This document shows, piece by piece, positions 49,893-62,860 of a stretch of DNA of 64,000 nt. Position 1 is the stretch's first letter. Each line of letters opens with the position of its first letter. Location: positions 46,130,001 to 46,194,000 of the forward strand of contig NC_058368.1 in NCBI RefSeq assembly GCF_018350175.1. Direction: 5' to 3'. The notes below the pieces were generated by a model. That model did no database searches, was not told the origin of the DNA, and saw only the letters and a list, made by a program, of their open reading frames with translations. Origin of the DNA: Felis catus (Eukaryota). The position numbers were made by a program, and so were the translations under genes.

Positions 49893-52867
49893 CAAAACCA
49901 AAAACACTTTGTTCTAAATCCCCAATAAACTATGCCTTTGTTTTAACAAGCTGGCCATGCAAATGACTATGGAGTATCCTGGTGTAACAATCTCAACATT
50001 TCAATGCTCTTCAATATTTTTCTTTTTTTTACCAAGTGGCTGAGAGGATTGATGTCAAGTGATCTTCCTCCCCCCGCCATAAGGAAGAGTGAGGTTGGGA
50101 CTGAAAAGCTGCCAGGACAGGAAAGATGTTTTCAGGAAAATAAGAGACAGAAGTGGTGTTACTAATAATACACATAGAAATGGGGCAGCATGATAAAATG
50201 GAAACAATAAAAATCCAGTTTATAAAGACACATGGCTTAAATCTTTCCTTTTCTGGATTCCTAATATGTGTGGCATCTTGGATGATTTACTCAACTCTCC
50301 TGAACCTCCACATGGTCAGCTCTGAAAGACTAATATTCATGCCTCCTACTAGATTTTTCGAGTCAGAGTACCAGTCACTGAGCTAAGTGTGTTTTGTTTC
50401 ACCTTCATATTCATCTCTAACAATATCATTTTCTCCAATTAACTGATAAGGAAAGTAGGCCCCATAAAATTCCCTAATGTGCTCAATTCACAAATCTAAT
50501 AAATGACAGACCGATGACTTGAAACTAGCCCATGCACTTGACACTATTCTGTGCCAGCGAAGTTCATTCTCAGAAGGAAAGCCCCAAAACCTGGTTACTA
50601 TAATCAAAAACCAGTGCTGACTTTGGATTATACATGCAACATTCACTTGAATAAATGAGCAAGAAGCCTATAGAATCTCATACTTTCATAAGTTAGAGAG
50701 GAGACTGGTTCCAGAGCTTGGAGAAAATCTGAACTAAAAAAATGATGGTTATATATCCTATGATCAAAAAACAGAGGATAACAATGAAAGACAGAACGCC
50801 ATTTTTAAATAGGAACTTCTGGAATTAATGAAGAAAAACAACTTGTTTAGTATATCTATAAAGAAGGCTTTCAGCAGCAAATACTAACAAGAACAAAAGA
50901 CTATAAGGCTAGTTCAAAATAAAGATACTTATTGTATAAGAAACAAACAATACAGTTTTGGCTCAGTAGCTCTGGATGTCCATAATGGCCAATACTTTGT
51001 TCCTCCTTCTCTGTTGTGGATTTCTGGTGTGTTAGATTTTTTGACTTAATGACTTTTGCCTTATGATTGCAATATGGCTACTGTACCTCCCCCCCCCAAA
51101 AAAAAAGGAAACAAGGGGTGCGAGGCACAATATTTTCTTCTCATAAATATTCATCCTGTTCATTTGGATAAGGAGCCACAGGAAACATATTTCTCCTGTC
51201 TCATTGATCAGAAATGTCACATGCCTAAAGTCTGGCTACAAGGAATGGCATTCCCAGAATAGATTATTTCCTGGGTATAATGATGGAGCTGGCTAAGAAC
51301 CTTGTCCTCCATAAGACTAAAGGATTTTTACTCAACACCTATTTAAATTCACTTTCTATGAGCAGAAAATGAGGAGTTGGGATGGCTGCTTAATAGCCAA
51401 TGAGCGGCGTGTGCCACACATAGTAAATATGCATCTAAAGCATCTATCCACAAAAGGTTCTTTTAATGAAATAAAAAATATATATATAAATGATGTCTAA
51501 GAGGTGTATTTCAAGCCCTGCAAAAAATACTAGGCATATTTAATTTCAAAGCTAAAACATTAACCAAAGGGTGGTAATTCTGTATCATCAGCTTCAAATA
51601 AATCAATGACAGTAGTAATTAGAGATGGTATGAATCCTTCATTTTCTTTGTGAATTGTTCATAGTTGTAATTCAATAGAGAAAAAATAAGAAACAACAAT
51701 AATAATAACTTTTTATTAGTCATGCTAAAGTAGCAAACCAGTGGCATGGATAATTGAAAATAGTGGATTATATGCATAATGATTAACTACTTAGGTTATT
51801 TGCCTTACCAGGGATCATTTTACATTCCCAAAGCATATTATCACATATTTATTTGAGGAAGTAATCACTAAGCATCTTGGGTGGAAAGTTCTATAAATCT
51901 AGGTCAGGGAATTTTCCACAGTTAAAATATAATGACAATATAAAATTCACTATAAAGATAAAGGTGAATTTTTATTATCAAAAAGTGTCTTGGCTGAGCA
52001 ATGTTAACAAATGCAGTTTTGGAATGATAGTAGAGAACTTTCAAGAAGCTGGAAAAAATTGGGAATACATAACTCCACCTGTTATCTGACTTAAATTTAG
52101 AAAGGCAATTTCTTAGTCTAGCTTCCTAAGGGTTCAGACTACTTTTTCCAAATTATGCTCTGTTATAAAGTTTGAGGGGCTCAGTACTTTTTGGAATAGC
52201 ATCCTGAGCACATAGATTTCAAGTCAAAAGTATAGGCATGCTAATACTGAGTACACTGTTGCTATCACTGCCGTTTCATTTTATGTGCCTTCTCTTAGAC
52301 TTACAACTATGCTTAACAGTTGTGGTAGTGGCATTTCATGTCTAATTAAGTCCCTTTAGTAGATTACATCTTGGTCTTCTGCTGTTGTTTTTTGTTGCTG
52401 CTGTTGCTGTTGTTGTTTTTAATGGTAGATGTAGCTCTTATTTCCTAGTCCAGTTAGTATTGTCTGTATTATACTGCACATTTGATGGGACTGAAACTAT
52501 CTTCTCAGCCATGTCTTACAGTCACTTAATTGAAGTGCATTCACAAATAAACATGAGAATCTTAATACAAACTGCTTCCATATCTCATTCTTTTAGCTAG
52601 AATTCAGTGGTAGGCATTGCTTTTTGTGCATTATCCTCCTTTTAAATAGTCCTGTTTATGAACTGCAACTTGGACGAAATGTACACAAGAAATAAACCAA
52701 AAAGCCAAAGTGGCCACACTGATGTCATGCGTTTTAAATATAAGAAAGTGGGCTGGATTTTTTTTTCCCTCCTATTCTCTGTCATTTGAATTTCTGCCAC
52801 TCTGAGATACATAGTTGGCCAAGTAGTTGCACAAGAATACACATGAGGCACATATTTGATCTATCAG

Positions 52868-53000
52868 GAAATTGGCCATAATAATTTATCACTTAAACCC
52901 AGACACTTTGGAGATTAAAAAGGGCATTATTAATAAATAGTCTAAGAAATCAGGCAAAATCTGGGACTTCTCTGGCCACAACAGGACATACAACACTCTA
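52868..53000 (+). mobile_element. MER94-like hAT-Blackjack MITE
   Basis: 'ccataataatttatc...aaacccagacacttt...aaagggcattattaata...gggact...ggacata...actcta' follows my recollection of MER94. Confidence 0.7.
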
Positions 53001-54253
53001 AATTTAAGTAACTGAAACACTTGGTTCTTCTATACTCGTTAGCTGGATTCCTTTTTATACAGTTTAGAAAGCAAAACAGAATTGAAAAAATAAAGTCTCA
53101 TAAATTAACTTCTCAGTAAAAATCCATAGAGATCACACCATGCAATCATGTGAAATGAAAGGGAAATTAAAAGGAGATGGGGATTTTTACAACATGGTAC
53201 AGAAAAGAGAAAGTGAGGGAAAAACACAAGCCTTTAAATAGGATAACTTCACACAGCAGCACAAATGCAAGAAGAAAGGCCTCTTAAAGTGTCCCTTGGC
53301 ACCAATGTTCTTATTTGCCAGAGGGCAGTTTGCCTTGGCCAAATGCTTTCTGATTTCAGTAAATCTACCTCCTGAACAATTTATGCAAGGATTTAAAGAA
53401 AAGGTTTAGGAAGAAAATTACTTTGAACAGATCAAGAAATAAATCAGTTCAAACACAGTTTTGTTTCATCTGTGATTTATGGAGAAGAGTAAAATAGTAT
53501 TCTATTTGGTAAACTCCACCTAATAAAATACAATACCTAATCTAGGAAATAAATTGTTTGTGGTTGTAAGGAAATAACTAGATGGCCTTAACAACAACTA
53601 ATTTCAAAAGTATGTTATGATTGCTCATTTCAAAGGGCATGAGACAGCTAAAGTCTGTTGTAAAATGTTTCATAAGAATAAAGTAAGATTGGCCTCCTAA
53701 TGTATACCTCACTGCTCATGTCTGAATATCATGTCTGAATATCCCTCAGTATTCTCCTATTCCAGAATATTTGTAGAATTTATGATACCCAATTTGCCTA
53801 TGATTCTCTCTCTGAATATGGTATAGGGGAGACTTAAGCACCACAATCCCTGGTCATTGTCTTTTTCCCTCCCCAAAGCTATTAGGATCCTCAGCTTGCA
53901 AGTTAATCAGTCTTTGGATTTGTATGTCCAGCCCTATACTGGATTCAGCAAAGGCAATAAAAAGCAAAATATAGTATTCTGTTTTCAAGCCTTTTACTCT
54001 CAACTTGAGATAACAAAAATAGTATAAGTGAAACATCGGAAGTTTGGTGAAGGGCTTAACTGTGGAAATTGTCCTGTGGTTCTAAGAAAGGTGTTGTGAA
54101 GCATTGACTTGACTGAAGACTGGAAAGGCAGGCAAGGCAGCCCAAGGAAATAAACAAGAAAAGAAGATTATTTCTAATAACTTTGTACCTCTTAGGAGGG
54201 AAGGAGCAGGAAAAACCGAGAATCGCTTTTTACCAGCATGAAGGCTGCATATT

Positions 54254-54453
54254 TTTTTTAAGTTTATTTATTTATTATTTTCAGAGAGAGAGCACGAGTT
54301 GGGTGGAGGTAGAGAAAGAAGGAGAGACCATTCCAAGCAGACTCTGCACTGACAGCAGAGCTGATGCAGGGCTTGAACTCAGAACTATGAGATCATGACC
54401 TGAGCCTAGAGCAAGAGTCAGACGCTTAACCGACTGAGGCACCCAGATGCCCC
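54254..54453 (-). mobile_element. Carnivore SINE
   Basis: TSD aagg(c/g)tgcatatt at 54241-54253 and 54455-54467. Confidence 0.92.
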
Positions 54454-54505
54454 AAAGGGTGCATATTGATGAAAGATGACTTAAAAAGGAAAAAAAATTG
54501 GTAGG

Positions 54506-54865
54506 TGTAATAGTTAATTTTACGTGTCAACTTGACTGGACTCTGGGTGCCCAGATTAAATATTATTTCTGGGTTTGTTGTGAGGGTGTTTCCAGATGAG
54601 ATTAGCATTTGAATCTGTCGTCTGGGTACAGAAGCTTGCCCTCTCCAATATGAGTAGGTGTCATCCAATCCACTGATGGCCTTCACAGAACAAAGAAGCA
54701 GAAGAAGGTGAAATTCCTCTTCCTGCCTGACTACATGAACTGACAGAGCAATCTTATCTTTCCCTTGCATTATGCTATCAGGGACCTACGCTATCAGTGC
54801 TTCTCATTCTCAGGGCTTCAACTTGAACTAGAACTCATACCACTAGTTTTCCTGGGTCTCAAGCA
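54506..54865 (+). mobile_element. MLT2 LTR (ERV-L LTR), 3'-truncated
   Basis: 'tgtaatagttaattttacgtgtcaacttgactgg...gagggtgtttccagatgagattagcatttgaatc' is an MLT2 5' end. Confidence 0.9.
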
Positions 54866-56430
54866 CAGCAATACTCCATCACAAAATGGAAAATGATATA
54901 CACGTGATTGAGCTTGAGCAAGTTCAAGGTACAAGTAAGTTACCTGAAGAAGTGACCCAAATGCCCATATTTTCCACTCCTGCCATACTACCTTCCCTCT
55001 CCCACCCTACATCTATGGCCTCATGGGGAGTTCCCTATAATCAACTGACAGAGAAAGAAAACACCCTGACCTGGTTTACAGATGGTTCTGCATAACATGT
55101 AGTCACCACCCAAAAGTGGACAGCTCTAGACCCTCTCTGAGACATCTTCCACTGGGCAGAACTAGGGCGGTGCACCTCGTTGTTCACTTTTCTTGGAAAG
55201 AAAAAGACAAGATATGTGATGATATACTGATTCGCTGGCTATGACCAATGATTTGGCTGAATGGTCATGGATGTGGGAGAAATATCATTGGAAAACTGGT
55301 GACAAAGAAATTTGGGGAAGAGGTATGTAGATAGACCTTTCTGAGTGGGCAAAAAACATGAAGATATTTTTGTCCCACGTGAATGCTCATCAAAAGGAGG
55401 ACTTAAGAAGCAAGAGTACTGATGATCCATTCTTTGGATACCAGTCATCCTTTCCTCTGGCTATCTATGCCATTGCCTGATGGGCTCATGAATAACGTGG
55501 CCATGGTGGCAAGGATGGAGGTTATGTATGGATTTGGCAACATGGACTTCCACTCATCAGGGTCAGCCTAGGTAGAGCCACCAGTGAGAGCCCAATCTAC
55601 AAGCAGCAGAGACCAACATGAATTCCCTAATGTGACACCACTCTCAGTCAGTGACCTTGGGGCAGGTTGATTATATTGGACTTCCATCATGGAAAAGATA
55701 GCATTTTGTTCTTACTGAAACAGACACTTACTTTGGATATGGATTTCCCTTCCCTATATGCAAGGCTTCTGCCAAAATTACCACCACTGGACCTAGAGAA
55801 GGAACTCACATCAGAGCAAACATATGTAGCAAAGGGCCAAACTCATGGAATTTATGAGTTTTATCATATTCTCCATCATCCTAAAGCATCTGGTTTCATA
55901 GACACTGTCATTATGTTTTAACAACTCAGTTACAATGCCAGCTAGGTAGCCAAACCTTGCATGTCTGGGGCCAGGATTTCCAGAAGTCTGAATATCTGAA
56001 TCAGTGCATCTACTATATGGTACTGTTTCTCCCACAGTTAGGATCCATAGGTCCAGAAATCAAGGGATGAAAATGGGAGGGGCACCACTCACTATTACTA
56101 CTAGAAACCCACCACCAAAACTTTTGCTTGCTGTTCACATGACATTATGCTCTGCTGGCCTAGAGGTCTCAGTTTCAAAGGGAGGAATATTTCCACCAGG
56201 GTATAAAACAGTGATTCCCGTGATTCCACTGAACTAGAAGACTCCATTAAACAAGCTATGTTGGGCTCCTTATGCTTTTGAATCCAAAGGGTAAGAACAG
56301 AGTCACTGTGCTGGCGAAAGTGATTGATCCTAGCTACCATGGGGAAATCAGACCATCATTCCATCACAGAGGTAAAGAAGAGTACGTTGGGAATACAGGA
56401 GATCCCTTAGGGTATCACTTGGTAGTTCTA
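54866..56430 (+). mobile_element. ERV-L internal relic: RNase H, integrase and dUTPase (pseudogenised)
   Basis: Fragments ASWGVPYNQLTEKE..WFTDGSA and YTDS (RNase H), HVNAHQ, WAHE..GHGGKDG and QVDYIG (integrase), SAGLEV...VIDPSYHGEI (dUTPase after integrase, the ERV-L gene order); many stops and frameshifts. Confidence 0.92.
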
Positions 56431-56494
56431 TTTACATAAGAAATCACCCTAAAATTAAGTATCTTAAAAACTTATTTTTTCTGACATTTTCATC

Positions 56495-57000
56495 AACTTA
56501 TAAATATATAACCTTGTTTTATGTGTACTTCTGTTTAAAGATATCTCATTTAATATGTACTGTTGATTTATGAACATCGAACTCACAGACAACAGTACCA
56601 TATCTTACTGAATGAACCTTATCTAACACATGTATTTTTTCTGTAAAGCACTTCATAGCCTCCTTGCTCTTAGAAATATTGGACAGAACTTCAGCACTAA
56701 GCTTGGGGGCCATTTTAAACAGCAAAGTCACCAATAAAAGCATAAAACTAAGAAAAACATGGCATTAAATTGACCATGAAAAGGACACTTGTTTACACTG
56801 GTAGAGATGAAACAAGAAGGCAGTGTTGCCTTGTTCAATCTAGTTGAGAATACATGAACTGGGTAACTCGGATTTTTCACCATTCTCTGCATTTACACAA
56901 ATGGTGAAAAGGCACAGGAGTATTGATTTGGAGGTTATAAGTTTTATTGACTAGGTAAATTGACAAGAACAGAATTCATGAATAATAAGGATAGGCAATG
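56495..57000 (-). mobile_element. MER82-like Tigger (TcMar) element
   Basis: Minus ORF MAPKLSAEVLS...EKIHVLDK...EFDVHKSTVHIK is a Tigger transposase N-terminal HTH relic; flanking sequence matches my recollection of MER82. Confidence 0.85.
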
Positions 57001-57039
57001 TGTATGTATGTATGTATGTATGCATATGTATACATATTA

Positions 57040-58500
57040 CCTTCTTTAAAAGATTCATATTCTTTGCCCTGATATTATGAAATTTCAAGAGTATATGCTT
57101 TGGTATGGATTTTTTCAAATAATTGTCCTGGGCTCCCTTCTGATACAATCAATCTAAATAATCCCATCTTTTTTTATTTTGTAAAATTTTCTTGCTAATT
57201 TTCTTTGGCATGTTCTCTATTGTCATTCTTAAACTCCTATTAATGGCTTATAAGCCTTCCTGTATTGATCTCTAATGTATTCTCATTTCTCTCAGATTTT
57301 TCTTTTTTTTTTAATATGCAATGTATTGTCAAATTGGGTTCCATACAACATCCAGTGCCCATCCCAGCAGGTGCTCTCCTCAACGCCCATCAACCACTTT
57401 CCTCTCCCTCCCACCCCCCATCAACCCTCAGTTTATTCTCAGTTCTTAAGAGTCTCTTATGGTTTGCCTCCCTCCCTCTCTAACTTTTTTTTCCTTTTCC
57501 CCTCCCCCCATGGTCTTCTGTTAAGTTTCTCAGGATCCACATAAGAGTGAAAACATATGGTATCTGTCTTTTTCTGTATGACTTATTTCACTTAGCAAAA
57601 CAGTCTCCAGTTCCATCCATGTTGCTACAAAAGGCCATATTTCATTCTTTCTCATTGCCAAGTAGTATTCCATTGTATATATAAACCACAACTTCCTTAT
57701 CCATTCATCAGTTGATAGACATTTAGGCTCTTTCCATAATTTGGCTATTGCTGAAAGTGCTGTTATAAACATTGGGGTACAAGTGCCCCTGTGCATCACC
57801 ACTCCTGTATCCCCTCGGTAAATTCCTAGCAGTGCTATTGCTGGGTCATAGGGTAGATCTATTTTTAATTTTTTGTTCTGTCAGATTTTTCATATCTTTG
57901 TTCTTTTGTCCTAATTTTCTTTAGCATTCTCAACTTCCTCTCCTATAATATCATTGAAAAATTTACCAGTAGAACTTCTAAATTTTTACTTCTAAGAGCT
58001 TTTTTTTATTTTCTAAATTTTTGTGTTTTATAGTATCTTATTTCTATTTTGTGAATGACTATTGTACTTTATCTCTGTGAGGATATACATCCTGATTTCT
58101 CTGAATCTTTCCTTTTCCTGTGTTTCCTGCAAAGTTATTTTTGCATTGTGTGTTTTGTTACTTTGTTTTATTCTGCTTTTCTTGATGGGGAGTCTTTCTT
58201 AAGTTCTGAATAGGATGACTAATGATAGGCTATCATTTTAGAAGTAAAAATGAATCATCAAAGAGTATGCCTGGTAGGGATTTGTATACTGGTCAAACTC
58301 ACTGCAGGGTAAGAGTATGAAGATTGAATTGCTTCACTGAGGGGCTTTCAAATATCTGTCTTTATAGACTTTTTACTCTTAGACTAGGAAGTTTCCCACA
58401 GAGGAGCATTTCAGTCTCTTTCTTGAGGTCTTATGTTTAATTGCCAGTATTGTGGAAACTTAGTAGGAGAAAAGAACTAGGTCACATTGTTTTATGTTAA
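57040..58500 (-). mobile_element. Old L1 ORF1/5' relic hosting a young L1
   Basis: Minus-strand KHILLKF resembles L1 ORF1 RHI.IK; T-rich degenerate L1-like sequence continues beyond the insertion. Confidence 0.5.
57303..57875 (-). mobile_element. Felid L1 3' end (ORF2 C-terminus, 3' UTR, poly-A) with TSD
   Basis: ORF 57530-57802 TCTPMFITAL..IAKLWKEPKC.STDEWI.K.W.IYTMEYY...DRYHMFSL is the L1 ORF2 end; TSD ttct(c/g)tcagatttttc at 57287-57302 and 57876-57891. Confidence 0.95.
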
Positions 58501-58835
58501 AGGATGATTACTCCCTCAAACATAAATCCAATCTTCTACAAGGATGGGGGAGGAGTTATTTAATTGATTTGAGGGCATGCAATGTATGTGAATGTCTAGC
58601 CTTCCTTTTTATAGAATATTATCTGTTTCTATGTTTGACCCTGAAACTAAAGAACACCTAATCAAAGAATAAGCTCAGCCAACATTGGACCCAAGACAAA
58701 TATAGCCACTAGAGCTATGGGCCTTACTGCTCCCAGGATCTCCTGCCAGCCCTTTACCTCTGGGACTCCATGATCTCTTTCCCTGAAGATGCAGGCCTTG
58801 TCTCTACAAATCTGAAGATATCTGATAGAATTTTC

Positions 58836-59056
58836 CATTCTTTAAATTTTTTAAATGTTTATTTATTTTTGAGAGAGAGAGAGACAGAGTGTGAGCAGGG
58901 GAGGGGCAGAGAGAAAGGGAGACACAGAATCCACAACAAGCTCCAATCTCTGAGCTGTCAGCACAGAGCCCGACGAGGGCCTCAAACTCACGAATCCTGA
59001 GATCATGACCTGAGCCAAAGTCAGATGCTCAACAGACTGAGCCACCCAGACACCCC
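58836..59056 (-). mobile_element. Feliform SINE
   Basis: Reverse SINEC body; degenerate TSD atctgatag...tttc at 58820-58835 and 59057-59072. Confidence 0.92.
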
Positions 59057-59509
59057 ATCTGATAGCACTTTCTTAGCAAAACGAAACTTTGAAAATTCAT
59101 CTCCTTTCTGTCTTAGAACTAGCAAAACCCCATGAATAATGCCTCAGAAGGGATTCTGGTAAGAGTTTTGTTTCTCTTGGGTGTGATGACACTACTACAT
59201 TTAAAAACAAAACAAAGTCTTGTGATACAACATTCTTTCTGAACAACAACAAGAACAACAAAAAAAGTTCCTTGGAGTTCTAGAATTCTGCGACTACTAA
59301 TTGTTTTGGTTGTGAATGGCTGCTTGTAATGCAAGAACCTGCGTTCCAGCTTCCTCTGCTCAACTAAATCGGGTACCATTTGCTCATCTATTTTCCATAC
59401 TCCATACTCCACTATTATCCCTACTACAGTTTCTTCATCATTGTGAGTTACATTTTTATTAAGTTAGTATAATTTTGAGGAGATTTAGAAGGAGCAGAGT
59501 TGACTTCTA

Positions 59510-61960
59510 CTTTTAGTCAAGATGGATTAATAGAGACTTGATTTTTTTCCCACCTGAAACACCGAAAAAAAAAAAAGAAAGAAAAAAAGGAAAGGAAAAA
59601 GAAAAGAAAAGGAAAGGAAATACATTAAACAGTGGTTTTTAAGACACAGGACATAAAGAAATAAAGAACAGTGATAGCTGAGAGATAGTTAAAAAAAAAA
59701 AAGCAAGGTGAGCCTTACATTTGAGAGAGGTTCCAAGTTGTGGCATATGGAAAAAAGGGACACAGGTTCAGTTAGCAAAACATGAGTTGAGGAATACCGG
59801 GAAACCAAAGTCGCTAGAGTACAGAGAAGAAAGAGTTGCACAGAGAGAGAACTCTGGAGATCCAGAGAAGACTCTTCCAATTTCACCTGAGTACTGATCA
59901 CATATACATGTGAGAAAACTATCTAATGTTGGGAAAAGAACCATCTGAAAAGATGAGAGGAACAGTGCTTTCCAGTCACACAGGACTACAAAAAATGCCT
60001 GTTTTGACCAACTAGATTGGAAAATCTCATAACTCACAGGACATTGGTTGGAGCACCCAAAAGGGTGTGACATGAGTGGTAACAATCGATCCTAAAATGA
60101 GCACTGCTATGGTACTACCTAATAAATCTTAAAAGCAAAACCTAAAAGGATCAGATTGTTTCCAAGTAACTTAACTGCATCCCAGGGAAAAGTTAAAGAA
60201 CTTTACAATAATATAAAAATATCAAGGATGTGCCAAGCTAAAATTCATAATATCAAACAATCAATAAAATGTTACCAGGCATGCAAAGAGGTGGGAAAAT
60301 ATGACCTAAATGAGGAAAAAGATCAACCCATCAAAACCAACTCAAAACTGACACAGGTGTTAGAATTAGCAGACACTGACATTGAAAATATGTATTCCAT
60401 ATGTTTGAAAGTTAAGTTCAGATATGCATGTATATTTTTAAATAAGCATGAAAGAGAGAGGGTGAGAGAGCCAAACAGAACTTCTAGAATTGAAAACTAT
60501 AACATGTAAGATGCAAATTACATTAGGTGGAATTAATGGCAGATTAGACATTATGGAAGAAGGTTAGTAAATTGGAATTAATGCACAATGAACTTGAAGA
60601 TAGCAATATTCAAAATTAAACAGAGAAGAGATATCTTTTTAAAAATGGAATAGTCAATAAGCTGTTTGACACTTCGAGAGATTTGAAATGTATAATTAGA
60701 ACTCCTAAAGAATATTATAGAAGAATAGGAAAAAAATATAGAAATCATGACCCCAAATGTTTCAAATTTGATGAAAACTATAAACCCACAAGCCCAAGTC
60801 CACACACAGACACACACACCCAAAAAAGCGAAGAAAATTCCACTGTGGAACATTATCATCAAATTGTTCAAGATCAGTGATAAAGAGAACATCTTTAAGG
60901 CCAGGGGGATAGGGGAAATACACTATAAACAGGACAAAATAAAGATGTTAGCAGATTTTTTGTTAGAAACAGTTTAAGTAAAAGACAGAAGTTAGCATAT
61001 TTGAAGTATCTTTTTTTAAGAAAAGAAAAGGCAATCTACGATTCTATATTCAGGGAAAATTTCTTTCTAAAATGAATGCATATAGAAGCTGAAAGGATTG
61101 TTCACCAGGAGTCCCACATGACAGGAAATGCAAAATAAAGTTCTTACAGAAGTAAAATGATACCAAATGGAAATATATAACTGCATAACAAAGAAGAGCA
61201 CAGGATATGGTAACAGCTTAGTTTATTTTGTAGCAATTACACCTCAAATAAGCTATTTTTTAAATTACAGTGAGATATTGCTATATCAATTACAATGGCT
61301 AACAAAAAAATATTAGACTATCTCAAAGACTAGAAAGGATGTAGAGAAACTAGAAACCTCCTTCACTGTTGGCTGGAGTCACCACTGGTGCAGCCACTTT
61401 GGAAAAAAAGTTTGGAAGTTTCTTTTGAAGCTAACCATGTACTTAAAATGTGTCCCAGCAGCCATACTTTTAAGTATTTACCTAAAGGAAATGTAAACTT
61501 ATGTCAACTCCAAAAACCTGTATACAAAAATGTCTTAACAGTTTTACTTATAATCGTCAAAAACTAGAAACAACCCAATGTCTTTCAACTTGTAAATGGA
61601 TAAACTGAAAAACTACTCCACAGAAAAAGGAAAAAAAAAATACTGATATACTAAACAACATGGATGAATCACAAATGCATTATGCAAGACTGAAGAGGCC
61701 ATACTGAGAAGGTTACAAATTGTATGACTCCACTGACTTTGGAAAAGGCAATGGTACAAAAATAGAAAACAGATCAGTGGTTGGAGGGAGAAACTGACTC
61801 CAAAATTCAGCACTAGGTCATTTTGGGAAGTGATGGACCTGTTCTGTATCCTGATTGTGGTAAAGTTTACATACTTGTATTCTTTCTCAAAACTCAAAGA
61901 AGTATACTCAACTATATTATATGTTTCAATTATACTATATGTACATTTTAAGCAAAACTG
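59510..61960 (+). mobile_element. Old L1 (L1M/L1ME): 5' UTR/ORF1 relic joined to ORF2 end and 3' UTR
   Basis: ORF1-like IIIKLFKISDKENIFKAR and 'ccaaatgtttcaaatttgatgaaaactataaacccaca'; from about 61270 ORF2-end motifs ('ggtgcagccactttggaaaa', 'acaacatggatgaatc'); 3' UTR 'gttctgtatcctgattgtgg'. Confidence 0.8.
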
Positions 61961-62310
61961 AAATGCAATTAAAAATATGTTTAGCCAGAAATAAATATTG
62001 TGTGGTCCTATCAGGCAATTTTCCTAATGTATACTATCACATGAAGAGTGATTAGATCATGTAATTGAATGTATACTATCAATTTCTAGTTTCTGTGTAC
62101 AACATCTAATGGAATGAAATAGAAATGAGGAACCAAGATAGGCTAGGATTAGTTGTAGCAGGTAGATGTTATGCCCTTAGCTTATAGATGTAAAAACTGC
62201 ATCTTATTTACTCAGAACAGACAGCTTGTCTGTGGAATAAATACTCATAAATTCAGTTCCACAGTACCATATCATCTCCTAGGTCAGGTAATTTATACTG
62301 GCATGTCTTA

Positions 62311-62761
62311 CATAGTGGTTAGGAGACTAAACTTTGAAGCCAGACTGCCTGGTTCTGAATTCCAACTTGACCACTTGTGAGTTCAGGGTACCCTTACCTC
62401 ACTGTATCTTATTGCTCTCATCTATAAAATGGGGATGATAATTGTTTCTCCCTCATAGGCTTATTTGGAGAATCAAATGAGCTTAATACTTATAAGGGGC
62501 GCCTGGGTGGCGCAGTCGGTTGAGCGTCCGACTTCAGCCAGGTCACGATCTCGCAGTCCGTGAGTTCGAGCCCTGCGTCGGGCTCTGGGCTGATGGCTCA
62601 GAGCCTGGAGCCTGTTTCCGATTCTGTGTCTCCCTCTCTCTCTGCCCCACCCCCGTTCATGCTCTGTCTCTCTCTGTCCCAAAAATAAATAAACGTTGAA
62701 AAAAAAATTTAAAAAAAATTAAAAAAATTTAAAAAAATTAAAAAAATAAAAAAAATAAAAA

Positions 62762-62793
<32 letters not shown>

Positions 62794-62860
62794 AAAATAC
62801 TTATAAGCACTTAGAAGAGTTCCTGGCATAAAATAAGTGTTCAATATATCTCAATTATTT
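62311..62860 (+). mobile_element. MIR SINE interrupted by SINEC_Fc
   Basis: 'catagtggttagga...gccagactgcctggttctgaat...ctcatctataaaatggggatgataat' resumes as 'gcacttagaagagttcctggcata'. Confidence 0.9.
62496..62795 (+). mobile_element. Young SINEC_Fc with about 100-nt patterned A tail
   Basis: Near-identical to the copy at 16064; TSD aatacttataag at 62485-62496 and 62796-62807. Confidence 0.97.

Noticed and set aside
54886..56237. ERV-L ORFs as a domesticated gene
   Set aside because: They are fragmented by many stops, frameshifts and deletions.
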